From IMG/VR virus record IMGVR_UViG_3300030329_003852, positions 1 through 24,377 of that record: a stretch of 24,377 bases of DNA, one strand, 5' to 3'. Below, piece by piece: positions 15,425 to 24,251 of this stretch. The notes beneath the pieces are model-generated. The model saw nothing but the letters and a program-made list of their open reading frames with translations, was not told the DNA's origin and ran no database searches. This DNA is from a virus. Lineage: Duplodnaviria > Caudoviricetes. The position numbers and the translations under genes are program-made. Position 1 is the first letter of the stretch, and each line of letters begins with the position of its first letter.

Positions 15425-16513
15425 TTACATAGCTGCTATCGCTGTACCACTAAACAGAGATATTTTTAATGCTTCAGTAGAACCACTTTGAACACACTCA
15501 AAAGGTATTGTCCAGAATATTCCATTTTCACTAATATCTTGTGTAGGATCACCAGTAAATTGAACTTCAGCTAATATATTCATTTCACCATCAGCATTAA
15601 TTGAACCATCACCGAAATTAAGTGACAATGTACCAGTATTTCCATCTAAGAAACTTTGAACTACATTGTCTGCTGCACTTAAACTAAACTCAGTATCATA
15701 CTTCAATGTAATATCTCCAGTTACTGTGTACTCTGGGAAAGAATAACCTTCTGCATCTCCATTGGTATTTGAACCAACTCTATTAACACCATTAGCAATA
15801 TTTAAATTAAATGATTTTAGTATCATATCCTGATCAGCACCTTCAACTGCAAGTTGTTTTGTACTTAAAGAACCCATATTAAAGAAAACTCCTGCATCAG
15901 GCTCAACCCAAGTACCATTAAATGTTTGCTCTAAACAAGTGCCTGTACTTATTGGATTAGCAAAACCACTAAAATAGTTACCACTCATATTTAAGTTTCC
16001 ACCATTAGTACCTAAATCACCTGAAATAGCCATATCAGATACTACACAACCAGTAACCTTAATTCCTTCTGCTGCTTTAGGGTAATATGCTAAATTAACA
16101 CAATGAGGTAACCCACTAGACACATCTTGTCCAATAGATGTATTATTGTTAGTACCATCTACTTCTACTGTATATACATCTGAACCATCTGCATTATATG
16201 TTTGTGTAACCATTACTAAATGTTGCAATAACAATTCAGGTGTAGCAACGAAATCAAATGGACAAGTAACTGTTCCACCTTTAGCAGTTATTATAGTATC
16301 TGCTGCATTTTTCACAGTACCTCTGCCTGATAATAATCTTGATTCCCTAGTAATATTAAATGTTGGTTTTGTTGCTTGAACAACAGGTAATTGTCTGTAG
16401 GCAGTTCCGTCTGCACCAGAAGTGTCTATTCCTGCACCAAATGCACCATCTGCTGCACCTTTTATACCCATTTTAACATCACTAATAGGGATTACTGTTG
16501 TACTTATAGCCAT
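15425..16513 (-). CDS. Major tail (tube) protein
   Basis: 362 aa, acidic and beta-rich (GCVVSDMAISG...SFNLNIANG...VTGDITLKYD...WTIPFEC). Canonical position before chaperones and tape measure. Confidence 0.82.
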   Translation of the reverse strand: MAISTTVIPISDVKMGIKGAADGAFGAGIDTSGADGTAYRQLPVVQATKPTFNITRESRLLSGRGTVKNAADTIITAKGGTVTCPFDFVATPELLLQHLVMVTQTYNADGSDVYTVEVDGTNNNTSIGQDVSSGLPHCVNLAYYPKAAEGIKVTGCVVSDMAISGDLGTNGGNLNMSGNYFSGFANPISTGTCLEQTFNGTWVEPDAGVFFNMGSLSTKQLAVEGADQDMILKSFNLNIANGVNRVGSNTNGDAEGYSFPEYTVTGDITLKYDTEFSLSAADNVVQSFLDGNTGTLSLNFGDGSINADGEMNILAEVQFTGDPTQDISENGIFWTIPFECVQSGSTEALKISLFSGTAIAAM

Positions 16514-16516
16514 AAT

Positions 16517-16711
16517 CTAATCTCCTTTTTTAGCTTTTTTTGTTTTTTTATTTACTTTATCTACTATCCCCATAGCCAACATTTTATCAGCTACTTCATC
16601 ATCAACTTCAACAGATGCTCCATCTCTTAATTGTCCAAACTCTAAATTTGAACATGGAACATTCATAGCATTGAAATTACCAATTTTGTCTAGCTTTGCT
16701 TTTATCTTCAT
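16517..16711 (-). CDS. Small hypothetical protein with Lys-rich tail
   Basis: Start re-assigned to ATG 16711 (MKIKAKLDK) after AAGGAG; 64 aa. Small ORF just before the tail tube gene. Confidence 0.7.
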   Translation of the reverse strand: MKIKAKLDKIGNFNAMNVPCSNLEFGQLRDGASVEVDDEVADKMLAMGIVDKVNKKTKKAKKGD

Positions 16712-16719
16712 AATACTCC

Positions 16720-17157
16720 TTATGCTGTATTTCCTAGATGAGAACATAAATATTCCCATTGTACTGTATATGGATCTTCATCTTCTCCAACATCTAAATC
16801 ACAACTATTCATTCTGCAATCAAACAATGTAGTAGAATCTGATAATGTCAATGTAATATTATCATGCATTAATGCTTCAGCTCTTGAAACAAATCTTAAT
16901 ATATGATCATATTCCTTTTTACCAATTTCTTTACTATCAAAATAAAAGAAAATATTTATTGTAAATTCTCTTTGCTCTCCACCAGCATATAACTCAGTTA
17001 GCTCAGAAGAAGCAGGTTCTAGCCTAAAATACTGATTTCCTGCACTCTCATCAGCTCTGCCTATAAAAACAGGTGCAGTACCACCAAATTCAGTCCTTAA
17101 AGTAGATTGAACTTTGTCTAATATATTCTTCCAATTATTTGTGAAAGTTACAGGCAT
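16720..17157 (-). CDS. Tail terminator / tail completion-like protein
   Basis: 145 aa, acidic, alpha/beta pattern and position matching gpU/gp17-type proteins. Call rests mainly on synteny. Confidence 0.55.
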   Translation of the reverse strand: MPVTFTNNWKNILDKVQSTLRTEFGGTAPVFIGRADESAGNQYFRLEPASSELTELYAGGEQREFTINIFFYFDSKEIGKKEYDHILRFVSRAEALMHDNITLTLSDSTTLFDCRMNSCDLDVGEDEDPYTVQWEYLCSHLGNTA

Positions 17158-17519
17158 TATTTATTCATCTTTCTAGCCAATTCTTTATTCCCACCATGAT
17201 ATTTATATGCATGACCATGTTTTACTAATTCTTCGTTCATATTTACACCATCTAAGACAACTTCTCCTAAACAGCGACCATACTTGCCAACTCCATGAGA
17301 TATAAGGTTAAATGAGCCTTCTTCAAGAAAGTCAACAACAAACTGTTTTGCTGCTAGTCCTTTTTTCTTTTCTTCTAAATCTCTAGTTCTACTTTCCCAA
17401 GTATCTACACCATATAATCTAACTCTGATTTTAATATGACAGTTAAATCCTAAATCAGCCAAACAATCAAGTGTATCACCATCTACTACTCTAAGTAATT
17501 TTGCTTTATATTCAAACAT
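17157..17519 (-). CDS. Thermonuclease (SNase-family) nuclease
   Basis: RVVDGDT...RVRLYGVDTWE...GKYGRCLG...NEELVKHGHA. No signal peptide. Confidence 0.9.
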   Translation of the reverse strand: MFEYKAKLLRVVDGDTLDCLADLGFNCHIKIRVRLYGVDTWESRTRDLEEKKKGLAAKQFVVDFLEEGSFNLISHGVGKYGRCLGEVVLDGVNMNEELVKHGHAYKYHGGNKELARKMNK

Positions 17520-18502
17520 TATCTTCTCGTCATCTTAATATTACCAACTTGTCCAGGAGTTGATGAATCTAAATTGTGTCCAAATAACTCTATCTCATAT
17601 TCATCATTAGCAGTAGTTATAGCAGAATCATTATCTCCACTCCAACGTATTTTCATACCAGAAATACCTAAACTCTGATAATCTCCTGTAATAATTTCAG
17701 AATCTATCAATACATTATTCTTTAATTTTGTTGAATCTTTACCTTTAACTGTCATTCTAGTAGTTCCTATAACACCATTTTCACCACTATCTATATAAAC
17801 TTTTAATAATTCATAAGCAGAACCAGTATAATGACCTGTTAATTCTACAGGTCTTAAATCTGAAGAAGCATTTACTGAAACCTCTCTAATAATGCCCTTA
17901 GCAGCATCCATAGTCCTCTGATTGCCTAATATAACAATAGTACCTGAGTTGATACCATCTACTATTTCAGCTAGTTCCTCTTTAAACGGCTCTATAATGG
18001 GATTTGTAGGATCTTCGGAAGTGAGGAGAAGTATAACAGATTGTAAGGCTGCTGCTCGGACAATAATATCTGGATAATTACCTTCTCTGTCTTTAATTTG
18101 TGTATCTGTAACTCTATAACCAATCTTACTATCAATCATTCTTGAAGCTCTTTTAGCTACTCTTGTTATTAATGTTTCAAAATCATCCCCTGATTCTACA
18201 AGTATATCATTAGGGCTAAGAGTTGCACCTGCACTTGTTGTAAGAAATACTTGAACAGAATCTGTACTTGCTGAGTAATTAAATTCATAATTAGCATTAG
18301 GACTATCACCTACAGAAGTTCCTTCTATTCCATCAAAATATAATTGAGTAATTAATCCTGTACTGTTTGCTTGATACTGATTTGTTGTATCTGTAGTTGT
18401 CCATCCATATATAGGTCTTTTAGAATCACCACTATCGTTTATAGCAGGATATGTATCTTTAATATCTCTATGAGTACAATATTGTATATTACTTGTTGCC
18501 AT
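17519..18502 (-). CDS. Head-tail adaptor-like protein with extra domains
   Basis: N-terminal YCTxxDI, helical core (RASRMIDSKIG...YPDIIVRAAA) as in gp15/Mu gp36-type adaptors, plus a beta-rich insertion and C-terminal extension. Confidence 0.55.
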   Translation of the reverse strand: MATSNIQYCTHRDIKDTYPAINDSGDSKRPIYGWTTTDTTNQYQANSTGLITQLYFDGIEGTSVGDSPNANYEFNYSASTDSVQVFLTTSAGATLSPNDILVESGDDFETLITRVAKRASRMIDSKIGYRVTDTQIKDREGNYPDIIVRAAALQSVILLLTSEDPTNPIIEPFKEELAEIVDGINSGTIVILGNQRTMDAAKGIIREVSVNASSDLRPVELTGHYTGSAYELLKVYIDSGENGVIGTTRMTVKGKDSTKLKNNVLIDSEIITGDYQSLGISGMKIRWSGDNDSAITTANDEYEIELFGHNLDSSTPGQVGNIKMTRR

Positions 18503-18588
18503 TATTTTTTCCTTTTACCATATTTAGCTTTTCTGCTTTTTTTAGGTTTTAAATTCTTACTACCATATTTACCTTTACCAGATGGCAT
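18502..18588 (-). CDS. 28-aa highly basic peptide (absent from ORF track)
   Basis: AAGGAG RBS then MPSGKGKYGSKNLKPKKSRKAKYGKRKK*. TAATG-coupled to the next gene. 13 K/R and no acidic residues. Confidence 0.75.
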   Translation of the reverse strand: MPSGKGKYGSKNLKPKKSRKAKYGKRKK

Positions 18589-18598
18589 AATTTACTCC

Positions 18599-20200
18599 TT
18601 AATCAAATGCTACTATTTCAACAGTAGAATTAATTTTACTATTACATGACCTAGCAGATATTTCTATAATCATATTTTGTGCATTAGTTGTAGAATTATT
18701 ACCACCACCATGTGCTGAATCATAATTTGCAGTTATAGCAAACTGTGCATTAGCTTCTCCAACAAAGTCTATAGCTCCTGTTTGATAATTAATAGTTCCA
18801 GTCGCAGTTCCTTTGATATTTCCATGACCATCATCATAAAAGAATACACCAGTATTAGGAACTGTTACACCATCTCTATTAATAATTGTATCATCTGGTA
18901 ATCTAGCAGAAACAGCACCTGCTGGACTTACAGGTATTCTACCAATAATATTAGATCCATCAAATAACTCATCAGTTCCTGCTGTTCCATCAGTATTAGT
19001 TGTTATTGCTACTGCTGAAGTAGATAGTCTTGAATGAGATGTTATTCTAATATCTCCATTAACTATTCCAACTGAAGCTCCATCTTGGAATCCATTTTTA
19101 GCTGGATTATAATACAATTCATTTATAGCATTTTGTAATTTTTGAACTACTCCATTAGTACCACCAAAGTTAGTATTATTCGCATCAGTTGTAAATGTAA
19201 TCTTATCTGTTGTACCACCATTAAGAGCTACAGACAGATAATAAGTTGTTGAAGCAGATAAACCTGAATTTGTAGAAGCAGTAATGCCTTTTAACCCAAA
19301 TGATTGATAACCTGGCTCATAAAACTTACCTGCAACAGAGCCTGGAACTATACCATCTGCTGTTCCATCTGCCACCCTACCATATCCAAAAAAGTTGGTA
19401 GCCCCAAATCTTCCTGAAGCATCAGTTTGCACTACACTAAAATCATTATAATCTCCATAAGTGTTAAATATAGGAAGATATACTTTAGCTCCATTAACAG
19501 CACCACTTGTAGCATTTGTTTGAGAATCTTTATCTGCTGCTGATGTCCCATGTAAAGCTCTTTCTACAGTTAATGTATGTGTTGATATAGCTGTAACTCT
19601 CATAACTTCTATTCTAGTAGCAGTTGTATCATTTATACCGACTTGAATTAAATCGCCTATTCTAAAATAGTCTGAATCAGCTACTGTTAATTCTGTATCT
19701 GCTGCCTCAAAACCTGAGTCATTAATTGTTGTTCCACTATCAACTTCTAAATCTGAGGTTAATGTTAAATAAGCACCATTTGTAGTAGGTTTAGCATTAG
19801 CAGCAGAAGCATCATCCTCATAAGAAACCCATCTTGCATTAGGCAAAAACATATATTCACCAGCACCTAATAATGTTGTTATATATCTAGTTGTACTTGC
19901 ACCATCACCACTAATATCTATTGAATTAGCATCATCTACATTTGAGTTATTAGCATAATCAGTTACTTTAAACTGAACTTCTGTGCCAACTTCACCATCA
20001 TTCCTTATAACTATAGATTTTGCATTTCTAATAGATGATTGCCCTATAGTAGTAGAAGGACTTAATAAAGTAATAAAAGAATTACTATTATCTACTTTTT
20101 GCCTTAGATTAAATACTTCAGTATAATCTTCAGCAAAGTTGAAATTAAACGACTCCCCTGTTCCTGTCTGTATTGTTAAACTTTCTGTTAATTTTGCCAT
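18599..20200 (-). CDS. Virion structural protein (multi-domain, beta-rich)
   Basis: 533 aa, T/G/S/N/D-rich. Contains TELTVADSDYFRIGDLIQV...LTVERALHGT and DDGHGNI..GTINYQTGAI segments typical of virion proteins. Confidence 0.65.
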   Translation of the reverse strand: MAKLTESLTIQTGTGESFNFNFAEDYTEVFNLRQKVDNSNSFITLLSPSTTIGQSSIRNAKSIVIRNDGEVGTEVQFKVTDYANNSNVDDANSIDISGDGASTTRYITTLLGAGEYMFLPNARWVSYEDDASAANAKPTTNGAYLTLTSDLEVDSGTTINDSGFEAADTELTVADSDYFRIGDLIQVGINDTTATRIEVMRVTAISTHTLTVERALHGTSAADKDSQTNATSGAVNGAKVYLPIFNTYGDYNDFSVVQTDASGRFGATNFFGYGRVADGTADGIVPGSVAGKFYEPGYQSFGLKGITASTNSGLSASTTYYLSVALNGGTTDKITFTTDANNTNFGGTNGVVQKLQNAINELYYNPAKNGFQDGASVGIVNGDIRITSHSRLSTSAVAITTNTDGTAGTDELFDGSNIIGRIPVSPAGAVSARLPDDTIINRDGVTVPNTGVFFYDDGHGNIKGTATGTINYQTGAIDFVGEANAQFAITANYDSAHGGGNNSTTNAQNMIIEISARSCNSKINSTVEIVAFD

Positions 20201-20207
20201 AATTCTC

Positions 20208-20996
20208 CTATCTCAAATGGTACTTGACTGTTATATTTATTGAATAATCTGAGTTAACACTATCTGATCTAAAAAATGCTAATATTACTTTACCTGCATC
20301 TATATCTGTTACATCCTTAGTTAGTGTAGTCTTATAAATTTGCTCATTACCTGCATTGGTAGTATCTGCTGTACTATGTGCTACAACTGAACCAGATGAT
20401 AATGCACTTGTACTTCCTGAAGTAAATGTATATTGGAACAAATGAATCCTTGTTGTATCTCCAGTCGCATCATCAGCTCCTACAAAAGCATATACATTAT
20501 CTATCGTTATATCATCTGGAACAAACCACATCACAGGAACTAACTGAGCAGCATACTGACTATCTGTGTTGGCAGTAGTAAATGTTGTGTCTGGATCTGT
20601 ACCTGTTCCAAAATCTACATCATTACTTGCACTTGCACCACCACCTCCTGAACTAAATGGAATTGCATAATGAGTATTCGCACTAGGATGAGAAAAATCA
20701 TTAAAATTAACACCAAAATAAGCATATTGAGTATTTACATAATGATGTAATGCCCTTACATAAGGAACAGTTGTATTAACTCTAAACTTTTCATTACCAC
20801 TTGCATCATCTACCTCCAATGCATTTCCATTAGATGAAGGATAAACTATTAATTCACTATTAGATACTTTTATAGAAGAAGAAACTCCATCACCATCTGT
20901 GCATCTTACTGCTGTTCCAGTAACTCCACTATTATCATCAACTCTTAAAAGGCTTTTATATCCACCTGATATTGTAGTATTTTTTAACCCTGCCAT
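20208..20996 (-). CDS. Fibre/decoration-like structural protein
   Basis: 262 aa with short beta repeats (LEVDDASGNEKFRVNT) then a jelly-roll-like C-terminal domain. GGAG RBS. Confidence 0.55.
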   Translation of the reverse strand: MAGLKNTTISGGYKSLLRVDDNSGVTGTAVRCTDGDGVSSSIKVSNSELIVYPSSNGNALEVDDASGNEKFRVNTTVPYVRALHHYVNTQYAYFGVNFNDFSHPSANTHYAIPFSSGGGGASASNDVDFGTGTDPDTTFTTANTDSQYAAQLVPVMWFVPDDITIDNVYAFVGADDATGDTTRIHLFQYTFTSGSTSALSSGSVVAHSTADTTNAGNEQIYKTTLTKDVTDIDAGKVILAFFRSDSVNSDYSINITVKYHLR

Positions 20997-21005
20997 CTAC
21001 TCTCC

Positions 21006-21623
21006 TTACGTTCCAACATGAATTCCTATTGGTAATGCTGTTGCTTTCATAATAAAAGGAGCATACTCTCCTGTTGCATCCCCACCCCAATGTAAAGTTA
21101 CCCTACTTGCTTGTTCTGCTTTTGCTCCAAAATAATATGTATAAGATGTTCCAGCTGTTAAACCTGTTATTACCCATCTATGATTTATTTGCATTTCATC
21201 AGTTTCATCCCCTTCTCCAATAAAATGTTCATGAGTAACATCTATTGTATTGTAAGTTGAATTATCTGACAATCCAAATTGTAACCATCTATTTGTAGTC
21301 CATTTACAAAACACACTCGCAAATATCTCAACATTACCACTTGGAGGTGCTACAAATGTTATTATAGCATTATTTATGGTAACAAAAGATGTGGTTACAG
21401 AATAACTACTATCAGCAGTATCATTTGACAAGCAAGTATATCCAAGAATCTGTCCTGCATATACAGTAGAAGAATCAATAGTTCCTGTAACCTCTAAATT
21501 GCCAGACACCCTAGCTCCATTACCCTCACTAGCAATACTTAAAGAAGATAGTGAATCATCTTCTGACCTTAAAACCTGAAGATGTGAATCTAATATCTGA
21601 TCTGTCTTGAAACTATCTTTCAT
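21006..21623 (-). CDS. Fibre-like structural protein
   Basis: RVSGNLEVTGTI shaft-like motif followed by a beta-rich head (GQILGYT...TFVAPPSGNVEI...GLTAGTSYTY). Confidence 0.55.
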   Translation of the reverse strand: MKDSFKTDQILDSHLQVLRSEDDSLSSLSIASEGNGARVSGNLEVTGTIDSSTVYAGQILGYTCLSNDTADSSYSVTTSFVTINNAIITFVAPPSGNVEIFASVFCKWTTNRWLQFGLSDNSTYNTIDVTHEHFIGEGDETDEMQINHRWVITGLTAGTSYTYYFGAKAEQASRVTLHWGGDATGEYAPFIMKATALPIGIHVGT

Positions 21624-21877
21624 TTTTTAATCTTATCTACCTTCTTTGCCAATTCTAGTAACTGATTTTCATAATTATCAACTCTCATCTCTAACTCATG
21701 AATTTTCAAATCCTTAGCAACTAATAATTGTCTTATTTCTTTAACACCCTTATCTGCTTCATTAGGCTTTTCCATATAATCAACTAAGCTCTTAATCTTC
21801 TCAATGCCCTTAAATTGCTTTAAAACCATATCAAGCACTTTAGGTACTACTGCTTTAATAATCATAGCAGGAAGCAT
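21620..21877 (-). CDS. Hypothetical coiled-coil protein in the lysis region
   Basis: 85 aa with an amphipathic N-terminus and heptad-like C-terminus. Abuts both neighbours. Confidence 0.7.
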   Translation of the reverse strand: MLPAMIIKAVVPKVLDMVLKQFKGIEKIKSLVDYMEKPNEADKGVKEIRQLLVAKDLKIHELEMRVDNYENQLLELAKKVDKIKK

Positions 21878-22072
21878 CTATTTTATGCCTTTAACTACTG
21901 TTAATGTGCTGTCATAGATGGCATCTAATAATTCTTTCTCTTGTTTTTCATTTAAGATAGGAACATTTATCTCTTTATTTAATTTTGCAACTACTTCATC
22001 TTTGTTATCAGTTAAGTATTTAATAACATAATCAATAGCAAAGTTCTTTAAAAAATCAGTTAGTTTTTTCAT
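21878..22072 (-). CDS. Hypothetical protein in the lysis region
   Basis: 64 aa, helical. ATGA overlap with the holin-like gene. Confidence 0.7.
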   Translation of the reverse strand: MKKLTDFLKNFAIDYVIKYLTDNKDEVVAKLNKEINVPILNEKQEKELLDAIYDSTLTVVKGIK

Positions 22073-22359
22073 TTTTCTTTATCCCTTAATATTAGTTTAT
22101 TTATTATTTCTACCAATGCTTCGTATTTACTCTTAATCCCTCTTAACTCTATCTGCATCTTTTTCTGCTGATTAATAAGAGCAATTATAATATTTCTTAA
22201 ATCTTCATTTATAATCTTCTCTAATAAGTGAAACTTATGGTGAAGATCCTTTGTTAAATCATCCTGTATATACTTGTTTTGCTTGTAAATAAACCAAGCT
22301 AAACCAAGACAAAATGCTACTGGTACTCCAAATTCCTGTAATATCTCTATAGGATTCAT
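22069..22359 (-). CDS. Holin-like single-TM protein
   Basis: N-terminal TM segment (FGVPVAFCLGLAWFIY) plus coiled coil. Overlaps the lysozyme stop (ATGA). Confidence 0.55.
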   Translation of the reverse strand: MNPIEILQEFGVPVAFCLGLAWFIYKQNKYIQDDLTKDLHHKFHLLEKIINEDLRNIIIALINQQKKMQIELRGIKSKYEALVEIINKLILRDKEK

Positions 22360-22766
22360 TCATTACTCTGTGCTTTGACTATATTAGATAGCTCTATAGC
22401 TCTATTAGGTGTCTGCCTAGCCCACCTACTATCAAGCATTTCTTTAGATGCTTTATCATAGTTTTTATCTGCTAAATATTGAATTGTTTTTTTGAACTTG
22501 GAGAATCCAGAAACACCCATTTGGTAGCACATATTATATACTACATCTTGTATTTCATAAGGTGCATCATTAACCCAAGAGAATCTATTCTTAACTCTCT
22601 TGATTAAATGTTCCAGTTTTCTTACGAGTATTTCTTCTGCTAAATCAAGGTCTAATTCTAAATCTGCTACCTTAAATCCAAACCCTATAGTGTCATGACC
22701 TTCTGTGCATTGATAAACCCTAGACCTGAAACCTTCATGTTCCTTGATCTGGTCAATTAAGGACAT
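22356..22766 (-). CDS. Endolysin, T4-like lysozyme (GH24)
   Basis: IKEHEGFRSRVYQCTEGHDTIGFG with catalytic E and T (C in place of the usual D), NMCYQMGVSG, MLDSRWARQTPNRA. Confidence 0.92.
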   Translation of the reverse strand: MSLIDQIKEHEGFRSRVYQCTEGHDTIGFGFKVADLELDLDLAEEILVRKLEHLIKRVKNRFSWVNDAPYEIQDVVYNMCYQMGVSGFSKFKKTIQYLADKNYDKASKEMLDSRWARQTPNRAIELSNIVKAQSNE

Positions 22767-22767
22767 T

Positions 22768-22962
22768 CTAGTTAGTTTCTATAATTACAACTGTAAAAAT
22801 TTTAGATCCAAATTTTGCACAACTATGTGAAACTTTAGCAGGAGTAGTATCTAAACCATCTATCCAATCCTGTATATCTTCTGCAAGAGTTCCATCTGCA
22901 TCTCCATCTGCACTAACTATTTTATCATCATTATGTAAAAAACTTTTTACTTTGATAGCCAT
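22768..22962 (-). CDS. Hypothetical protein
   Basis: 64 aa, AAGGAG RBS, TAATG-coupled. Confidence 0.7.
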   Translation of the reverse strand: MAIKVKSFLHNDDKIVSADGDADGTLAEDIQDWIDGLDTTPAKVSHSCAKFGSKIFTVVIIETN

Positions 22963-23129
22963 TATTTACTCTCCTTCTTTTTAGAAGGCTTTTTAGTGGC
23001 TTTCTTTTCAGCTTTGATTGGTTTACCATTAGCATCACATTCTTCAAATCTTTCCATTAAAGAATCCATGTCATGATTAGGTGTAGCTTCAATAACTAAA
23101 CCATTTGGTTTTTTGAAATATTTTGACAT
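22962..23129 (-). CDS. Small protein after the capsid gene with Lys-rich tail (55 aa; absent from ORF track)
   Basis: AGGAG RBS then MSKYFKKPNGLVIEATPNHDMDSLMERFEECDANGKPIKAEKKATKKPSKKKESK*. Confidence 0.8.
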   Translation of the reverse strand: MSKYFKKPNGLVIEATPNHDMDSLMERFEECDANGKPIKAEKKATKKPSKKKESK

Positions 23130-23147
23130 ATTAAACTCCTGTTTGTG

Positions 23148-23223
23148 TAGGCAAGGATTAATGTTATTTAAGGATTTTGCGAATCAATAATGAAAAAGAT
23201 AGATTGGCATTAACCCTTGCCTA
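23148..23223 (-). ncRNA. Long-stem, large-loop RNA element downstream of the capsid gene
   Basis: taggcaagg-a-ttaatg (23148-23163) pairs with cattaa-c-ccttgccta (23208-23223). On the minus strand this is 16 bp including one G-U, around a 44-nt loop. Confidence 0.55.
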
Positions 23224-23238
23224 TATTATGATTAGTTA

Positions 23239-24183
23239 TTAAGAAACGTCAGTTAAGATATAAACACCAAATGCATCTTTTATCTCTACTTCACCCCAGA
23301 AACCACAAGCGATATACTCTGTAGTTCTAAATGAAGCATTTCTTTCAGTTTCTATTCTAAATAAACCATCAACACCAACAGCTAGTCCAATAGCACCTTT
23401 AGAAAATGCAAATCCAGCAGCATCACCACCAGAACCAACATCTTCATTGATTTGATCAGACCAATAAACATTAAAACCAGCAATACTACCAACAAAACCA
23501 GTAGCCATAGCTTCTTCACCTTTATTACCCATTAAAGACATAGGTTTAGCATTTGAACCTGTAACAGCATCATCATGCAATAAAGATATAAGACCTTTAG
23601 CACCCCAAACTTGTTTTGGAGATAATACTAGATTATAAGGCATTGGAGCTCCAGCAGCTCTTAATTGTCGCATTGAACCAAAAACATGAGATAAAGCTAA
23701 AGCAGTACCTGCTGAAGATTCAGTTTGAGAAAAGCCTGTACCTAATGCAGTTAAGTCAGCATCAAGTTTAGCAGCAACTGCATCACCTAATATATTTCCT
23801 ACATTACCAGTTAAATCTTCTGCATTACCCATAACTGCTAAATCAGAAACATCTGCTCTAATAACATGCTCACTAATAGTAGCAGTTCTTGCAGCAGTTG
23901 TTACTGATGTAACTGTTGTATAATCAGAACCATCTGTTGCTGCTCCAACACTACTAGAAGCTATTTTTGTATAATCTGCGAATTGAACATGAGATGATCC
24001 AGGAGTTGCTTGTTTAGAAGTAACAAGTGGAAACATAACATTAGAATGGTTAAATGCTATAACAGCATCACCAATAGTTCTGCCTAAACCACCAGCTGCA
24101 ACACCAGTATCTGTTTCTGCACATGGCATATTAGCCATAGCACCATGTAAAGCATAGTTTTGTAATCTTTCTAAATTCGTCAT
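23239..24183 (-). CDS. Major capsid protein (HK97-fold, putative)
   Basis: 314 aa, Ala/Gly-rich, with DAVAAKLDADL, YNLVLSPKQ, VGSIAGFNVYWSD and RIETERNASFRTTEYIA motifs. GAGGT RBS. Heads the structural gene order. Confidence 0.88.
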   Translation of the reverse strand: MTNLERLQNYALHGAMANMPCAETDTGVAAGGLGRTIGDAVIAFNHSNVMFPLVTSKQATPGSSHVQFADYTKIASSSVGAATDGSDYTTVTSVTTAARTATISEHVIRADVSDLAVMGNAEDLTGNVGNILGDAVAAKLDADLTALGTGFSQTESSAGTALALSHVFGSMRQLRAAGAPMPYNLVLSPKQVWGAKGLISLLHDDAVTGSNAKPMSLMGNKGEEAMATGFVGSIAGFNVYWSDQINEDVGSGGDAAGFAFSKGAIGLAVGVDGLFRIETERNASFRTTEYIACGFWGEVEIKDAFGVYILTDVS

Positions 24184-24251
24184 TGAATTTACCTCTTAAT
24201 TTTACCCTCTATCAACTGCTTTCGCCTTCAAGTAGGATTTATTTTTTTAAT

